This document shows positions 18,181-24,000 of a DNA stretch of 24,000 nt, piece by piece. The stretch's first letter is position 1. The number at the start of each line of letters is the position of its first letter. Location of the stretch: assembly GCF_037024155.1 (NCBI RefSeq), contig NZ_JAYKTS010000002.1:182373-206372 (forward strand). Reading direction: 5' to 3'. Both the position numbers and the translations under genes were made by a program. The DNA comes from Bacillus sp. 2205SS5-2. Its GTDB lineage: Bacteria; Bacillota; Bacilli; Bacillales; Bacillaceae_K. The notes below the pieces were generated by a model that saw only the letters and a list, made by a program, of their open reading frames with translations, searched no databases and was not told the origin of the DNA.

Positions 18181-20346
18181 ATGAATCAACTATTAGTAAA
18201 AATAAAGGAACTTATAAGCTTTAAAGTTTTCACAGGGATCATTTTCTTATTTCTCGGTTTCATTTTATACGGCCTTTTAATTAGTAATGTTCAGACAGAA
18301 ACGTATAATCTCGAATTATTTGAAGTGGCGAAAGAGACAATCTACTCACCTACAACAAAAGAAGATGAAGAAAAAACAGAACAACTAAAACAAAAGGCTG
18401 CTGAAGAAGTAGAACCTGTTTATGAGTATTCCCCAGACGTAAAAGAGAATCGAAAAAGTTTAATTACGTCAGTTTTTGATATGATTTTACAGATTCAGCA
18501 GGAGAGTAACTTTTCTTCACCACAATTAGAAGAACCTGAGCAAAATGAAGAAGTTAAACCATTAACGCCAAAAGAACGTTTAAACAAATTAAAATCTCGT
18601 TTAACTAAGGATGCCAATGAAAATGTGACTCTATCTATATCCGATCAAGTTTTTGAATCACTACTTGTAGCTGAGAAGGAAGAAATCCTATCAGCTCAGC
18701 GGATTGTTGTTGATGAAATCGAAAAGGTAATGGCAAAAAAAATTAGAGATGAAGGAGTCCCACAAGTAAAAGATGAGATTGAATCAAATATTGAATTAAA
18801 TAATCTCTCTCAACCTGTTAAAGAATCCTCGATTGCTATAGGGCGTTATGCTATTATTTCAAATGAAAAATACAGCGAAGAACTTACGAAAAAGAAAATC
18901 GAAGTCGTAATGGAAGAAGTAACTCCTGAACGAATTCTCGAAGGGACTGTTATTGTAGAAGCAGGGGATATTATTAGTGCGGAACAATATCGAAAGTTAA
19001 AGCTGGTAAATTTATTAAACGAGGAAAGTTCGAGTCGGGCACCTATTGGGCTAGCATTATTTGTTGCGATGGTGGTGTCTATTCTATATGTTTACTTCTA
19101 TAAATGGCAGATATCTGAAGAAAAAAAGCAGAATTACGTCATTTTATTGAGCCTAATCTTCGTATTGACCCTGCTCTTGATGAAGATTTTTGCATTATTG
19201 CAAGTGCTAGACATTATGGAGGTAGGCTACTTATTTCCGGCAGCTATGGCAACAATGCTCATTAGACTCTTATTAAATGAACGACTCTCGTTAATCATGT
19301 CCATATTATTAGCGGTATGCGGTAGTATTATATTTCATGAAAGCGTAGCTGGAAGTTTTAATATTGAAATTGCGATTTACTTTCTTTTTAGTGGATTAAT
19401 GGGGACGATTATTCTTTCCAAGCAAAATCAACGTTTATCCATTCTACAAACAGGGATTATTGTATCATTATTGAATATTATTATAATTTTCTTTATTGTT
19501 TTATTAGGATCAAATCCTTATGAAAATATGAATTATCTGTATTTATTACTTTACGCGTTTGGATCTGGCATAACTTCTGCCGTATTGACAATAGGTTTTC
19601 TTCCTTTCTTTGAGGCGGGATTTGGAATTCTTTCCACGATGAGATTGGTGGAGTTATCCAATCCAAATCATCCCCTATTAAAAAGAATCCTAACCGAGGC
19701 TCCAGGAACGTATCATCATAGTGTCATGGTGGCGAATTTAGCTGAGGCAGCGTGTGAAGCGATTGGAGCAAATGGACTTTTAGCTCGAGTTGGTTGTTAT
19801 TACCATGATATCGGAAAAACAAAAAGACCACATTTCTTTATTGAAAATCAAATGAATGGTCCGAATCCTCATGATCGTATTTCACCTGAGAGGAGTCGTG
19901 ATATTATTATTGCACATGCTGTTGATGGGGGAGAGCTCCTTAGAAAATACAAAATGCCCAAAGAATTTATCGACATTGCGGAGCAGCATCATGGCACGAC
20001 TTTTTTGAAATTCTTTTATCATAAAGCAAAAGAAACACGAAATGAAGTAAAAGAGGATGATTACCGGTATCCGGGACCAAAGCCTCAAAGTAAAGAGATT
20101 GCGGTTATTTCGATTGCTGATAGCGTTGAAGCGGCAGTCCGATCAATGGACCATCCTACGAAAGAAAAAATCGAGAAAATTGTGTCTTCTATTATTCAAG
20201 ATAGATTATTGGATGGCCAGTTTAATGAATGCGATATTACGTTACAAGAATTAGAAATTGTTAAAGAAACACTGTGTAATGCATTAAATGGCATTTTTCA
20301 TTCAAGAATAGAATATCCCGAGGATAAAAAGGAGAATGACTTATGA
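18181..20346 (+). CDS. pgpH: Membrane 7TM-HD cyclic-di-AMP phosphodiesterase PgpH (YqfF)
   Basis: The 721-aa product has an N-terminal TM helix plus an extracellular domain, then a 7-TM block and a C-terminal HD domain ([24 protein letters not shown]). The RBS is GGAAGGAGA. Confidence 0.92.
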   Translation: MNQLLVKIKELISFKVFTGIIFLFLGFILYGLLISNVQTETYNLELFEVAKETIYSPTTKEDEEKTEQLKQKAAEEVEPVYEYSPDVKENRKSLITSVFDMILQIQQESNFSSPQLEEPEQNEEVKPLTPKERLNKLKSRLTKDANENVTLSISDQVFESLLVAEKEEILSAQRIVVDEIEKVMAKKIRDEGVPQVKDEIESNIELNNLSQPVKESSIAIGRYAIISNEKYSEELTKKKIEVVMEEVTPERILEGTVIVEAGDIISAEQYRKLKLVNLLNEESSSRAPIGLALFVAMVVSILYVYFYKWQISEEKKQNYVILLSLIFVLTLLLMKIFALLQVLDIMEVGYLFPAAMATMLIRLLLNERLSLIMSILLAVCGSIIFHESVAGSFNIEIAIYFLFSGLMGTIILSKQNQRLSILQTGIIVSLLNIIIIFFIVLLGSNPYENMNYLYLLLYAFGSGITSAVLTIGFLPFFEAGFGILSTMRLVELSNPNHPLLKRILTEAPGTYHHSVMVANLAEAACEAIGANGLLARVGCYYHDIGKTKRPHFFIENQMNGPNPHDRISPERSRDIIIAHAVDGGELLRKYKMPKEFIDIAEQHHGTTFLKFFYHKAKETRNEVKEDDYRYPGPKPQSKEIAVISIADSVEAAVRSMDHPTKEKIEKIVSSIIQDRLLDGQFNECDITLQELEIVKETLCNALNGIFHSRIEYPEDKKENDL

Positions 20347-20816
20347 GTTTGCAAATTGACTTTGTTGATGAAACGAAGGAATTAACTGAACAAGACCTGA
20401 CTCAAATAGAAGCTTTATTAAATTTTTCAGCAGAAAAGGAAGAAGTACAGGATGACTCTGAGCTATCTGTAACATTTGTCTCTAACGATCGCATTCAAGA
20501 TATTAATAAAGATTATCGAGAGAAAGATCAAGCGACAGATGTTATTTCCTTTGCAATGGAAGAACTAGGCGAGGGAGAGATGGAGATTGTTGGGGAAGGT
20601 ATACCAAGAGTTTTAGGAGATATTATCATCTCCGTTCCAAAGGCGAAGGAACAGGCAAATGAATATGGGCATAGTTTCTCGAGAGAACTTGGATTTCTTG
20701 CCCTTCATGGCTTCTTACATTTATTAGGTTATGACCATATGACAAAAGAAGACGAGAAAACGATGTTTTCTCGTCAGAAAGATATCTTAGATGAATATGG
20801 ACTCCAAAGAAGCTAA
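20343..20816 (+). CDS. ybeY: rRNA maturation endoribonuclease YbeY (YqfG)
   Basis: The 157-aa product has the zinc motif [11 protein letters not shown]. Its ATG overlaps the pgpH stop (ATGA, 20343-20346). Confidence 0.95.
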   Translation: MSLQIDFVDETKELTEQDLTQIEALLNFSAEKEEVQDDSELSVTFVSNDRIQDINKDYREKDQATDVISFAMEELGEGEMEIVGEGIPRVLGDIIISVPKAKEQANEYGHSFSRELGFLALHGFLHLLGYDHMTKEDEKTMFSRQKDILDEYGLQRS

Positions 20817-21180
20817 ATTTTTTCAGTGGTCAAAATTTTTGCCTGCCTTAAGCTATGCTTTAAATGGCCTGAAAATAGTTTGGAAAACACAACAGAATTT
20901 TCGTTTTCATACGTTAACAGCTGTCATCGTCCTCATCCTCTCCTTTAGTCTTTCTGTCAATAAAGTTGAATGGATGTTGATAATTATGGTGATTGCCGGG
21001 ATGTTTGTAGTTGAAATAGTGAATAGTGCGATTGAGTTTACAGTCGATTTAGTTACCGAAGAATTTCATCCTCTTGCTAAAAAAGCAAAGGATTTGGCGG
21101 CGGCGGCTGTTTTGGTTTATGCGATCGCATCAGTTTGTATTGGTTTTATTATCTTTTTACCGAAAATAGGGTTATTGTGA
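20797..21180 (+). CDS. dgkA: Undecaprenol/diacylglycerol kinase DgkA
   Basis: This small 3-TM protein has the NSAIE..VDL and HPLAK motifs of the DgkA family. I chose ATG 20797 (MDSKE..., matching the MDSK N-terminus I recall for B. subtilis DgkA) over ATG 20791. Both starts overlap the ybeY 3' end. Confidence 0.88.
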   Translation: MDSKEAKFFQWSKFLPALSYALNGLKIVWKTQQNFRFHTLTAVIVLILSFSLSVNKVEWMLIIMVIAGMFVVEIVNSAIEFTVDLVTEEFHPLAKKAKDLAAAAVLVYAIASVCIGFIIFLPKIGLL

Positions 21181-21213
21181 AAACAAGCTCATGTAAAATG
21201 AGCTTGTTTTTTA
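21181..21213 (+). terminator. Intrinsic terminator downstream of dgkA
   Basis: A 10-bp perfect stem pairs ACAAGCTCAT (21183-21192) with ATGAGCTTGT (21198-21207) around a 5-nt loop, followed by a T-run to 21212. Confidence 0.85.
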
Positions 21214-21385
21214 TTGAAAATCTTCTTTTTACATAACTTTATTTGAAATGCGTTCTATAGTTGGATAAAATATGAGGACAAGCCAATTAAAAAATAGGTA
21301 AATTGTTTGAATTTTCTTACTTTTTTAACAATGTTGTTACAGCCCATTAATTTCCTTGAGGAAATGTAGTAAAATAGAATTGTAA

Positions 21386-22712
<1,327 letters not shown>

Positions 22713-22918
22713 AATTTTTAGTACTGTTTTTTCACTTCAATACGTAAGAAGGATGCATAGTTCTAGTCAGATTTAGATGTGTTTAATACACTACAAATAA
22801 GGGTGAAGAAGTCAGTTAGTAAATTTTACGTCTTATGTTTTGAGGGATTAGGGTGAAGCTAAGAACAGAAGTCATTAGGGGCACTTACTAGTAAAAACAA
22901 GAAAGGTGGAGATTCAAT

Positions 22919-23062
22919 ATGTTAGATCTTACCTGGAAATTATTTCAAGAAACAGGTAATATAGACACGTATCTTCTCATCAAGGAGCTAGAAAGTAGTC
23001 AAATTGACAGTGGATTGACTGACGATGCTGAGCTAGTACAAGTTGATTTCCCTTTGTCTTAA
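22919..23062 (+). CDS. yqzL: YqzL-family small protein (47 aa); below the ORF-track length cutoff
   Basis: I translated it by hand as MLDLTWKLFQETGNIDTYLLIKELESSQIDSGLTDDAELVQVDFPLS. The RBS GAAAGGTGGAG ends 7 nt before ATG 22919, and the stop is TAA 23060-23062. The W-K-x-F-x-x-TG-x-I-D-TYLL motif and the era-yqzL-recO position match B. subtilis yqzL. Confidence 0.75.
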   Translation: MLDLTWKLFQETGNIDTYLLIKELESSQIDSGLTDDAELVQVDFPLS

Positions 23063-23116
23063 GATAAAAACTTAGTCATCCCTCGTAATGGTTGAATACT
23101 GACGGGAGGTGATGAC

Positions 23117-23884
23117 TTGCAACAGAAATGTGAAGGACTAGTGATTCGAACTAGTAATTATGGAGAATCAAATAAAGTAGTGACTGTTTTTTCAAGAGAA
23201 TTTGGTAAAGTTGCATTTATGGCTAGAGGAGCTAAAAAACCAAAAAGTCGTCTCTCAGCCGTTTCACAACCTTTTACTTATGGATATTTTTTATTTCAAA
23301 AAGGGAGTGGACTAGGAACTCTACAGCAAGGAGATATCATTTCAAGTATGAAAGGGATTAAAGGAGATCTATTTAAAACTTCTTATGTCACTTATATCTC
23401 AGAATTGCTAGATAAGGGAACCGATGATGCAAGGCCGAATCCGTTTTTGTTTCAGCTATATCTACAAATATTACAATATATAGATGAGGGTTATGATGCG
23501 GAAATTTTAACTCATATTTTTGAATTAAAGATGTTGCCTGTTTTAGGGTTGCATCCCACAATGAATGCTTGTGCTATTTGTGGGAATTCCGATGGATCAT
23601 TTGGTTTTTCGTTCAAAGAAAATGGGTTGATTTGCCATCGTTGTAAAGGTAACGATCCTCATCATTTCCCGCTATCTCAAAGTGCCGTAAAAATATTGCG
23701 GATTATGTATTTTTTCGATTTGAATCGAATGGGTAATATATCAGTGAAAGAAGAAACCAAGAATGAATTAACCACTTTGATTCGAAGTTATTATGACGAG
23801 GCTTCAGGGCTATATTTAAAATCAAGGAAGTTTTTAGATCAACTTCAATCCATTGAGGATTTAATCAAAAAAGACGAACCCTAG
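23117..23884 (+). CDS. recO: DNA repair/recombination mediator RecO
   Basis: The 255-aa product has a TTG start 4 nt after GGGAGGTGATGA, an N-terminal OB-fold region and the zinc motif CAICG...CHRC. Confidence 0.92.
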   Translation: MQQKCEGLVIRTSNYGESNKVVTVFSREFGKVAFMARGAKKPKSRLSAVSQPFTYGYFLFQKGSGLGTLQQGDIISSMKGIKGDLFKTSYVTYISELLDKGTDDARPNPFLFQLYLQILQYIDEGYDAEILTHIFELKMLPVLGLHPTMNACAICGNSDGSFGFSFKENGLICHRCKGNDPHHFPLSQSAVKILRIMYFFDLNRMGNISVKEETKNELTTLIRSYYDEASGLYLKSRKFLDQLQSIEDLIKKDEP

Positions 23885-23898
23885 GGTTCGTCTTTTTT
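23867..23898. terminator. Bidirectional intrinsic terminator overlapping the recO stop codon
   Basis: This is a perfect 15-bp palindrome: AAAAAAGACGAACCC (23867-23881) pairs with GGGTTCGTCTTTTTT (23884-23898). Confidence 0.85.
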
Positions 23899-23960
23899 GA
23901 AGTGTATAGAAAGAGTTAATCTTCAATTTGGGAAACTATTTTAACTAAGTCAAAATTGAC

Positions 23961-24000
23961 ATTCGTAATCCAGCTGCAGTGGCTCTGAGGCTCGGGCAAA
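23961..24000 (+). repeat. 5' part of a further hairpin module, truncated by the window edge
   Basis: ATTCGTAATCCAGCTGCAGTGGCTCTGAGGCTCGGGCAAA matches the inter-module junction consensus CATTTCGTGATCCAGCTGCAGTGGCT-n6-CTCGGG seen at 17770-17810. Confidence 0.8.

Noticed and set aside
21334-21375. A promoter or operator upstream of cdd (TTGTTA, the palindrome ATTTCC-TTGA-GGAAAT at 21350-21365, TAAAAT at 21370-21375)
   Set aside because: No combination gives an acceptable -35/-10 spacing; the best is TTAATT-17-TAAAAT. The palindrome is only 6 bp. I left it unannotated rather than guess.
22801-22878. A short direct repeat GGGTGAAG...AAGTCA(G/T)TTAG occurring twice in the era-yqzL spacer
   Set aside because: The two copies share only about 19 nt and have an 11-nt indel between the half-sites. 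There is no associated structure or recognisable binding-site family. It is within chance for an AT-rich spacer.

Overview
This window is a core-chromosome segment of a low-G+C Bacillaceae genome. It is colinear with the Bacillus subtilis yqe-yqf region. I support 25 CDS, in this order: hrcA (3' part), grpE, dnaK, dnaJ, prmA, rsmE, mtaB, deoC, a minus-strand Na/Pi-cotransporter-family gene, rpsU, yqeY, a minus-strand SRPBCC-fold gene, nfeD(yqeZ)-floA-yqfB, yqfC-yqfD, phoH, pgpH, ybeY, dgkA, cdd, era, yqzL (47 aa, missing from the ORF track) and recO. I also call several clean intrinsic terminators and a few promoter candidates. I see no rRNA, tRNA, CRISPR, transposase, integrase, phage or recognisable defence genes, and I did not find a novel protein-coding system. 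The content these features do not explain is non-coding. A family of G+C-rich hairpin modules of about 117-126 bp occupies four oversized intergenic gaps: dnaK-dnaJ, upstream of nfeD, phoH-pgpH, and downstream of recO. The modules are bounded by AGCTGCAGTGGCT...AGCCACTT(C/T)CGC(A/T)TTT and are all in the same orientation. At two of the sites they are combined with a second element of about 185 bp (arms A and C) that has imperfect terminal inverted repeats. Module copies differ by compensatory substitutions that keep the stems paired. At one locus the module array sits exactly at the A/C junction that is uninterrupted at the other locus. I do not recognise the family by name. Its function (mobile REP/MITE-like DNA versus structured RNA in operon UTRs) is inference. 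All protein identifications come from reading motifs and synteny, not from database searches.
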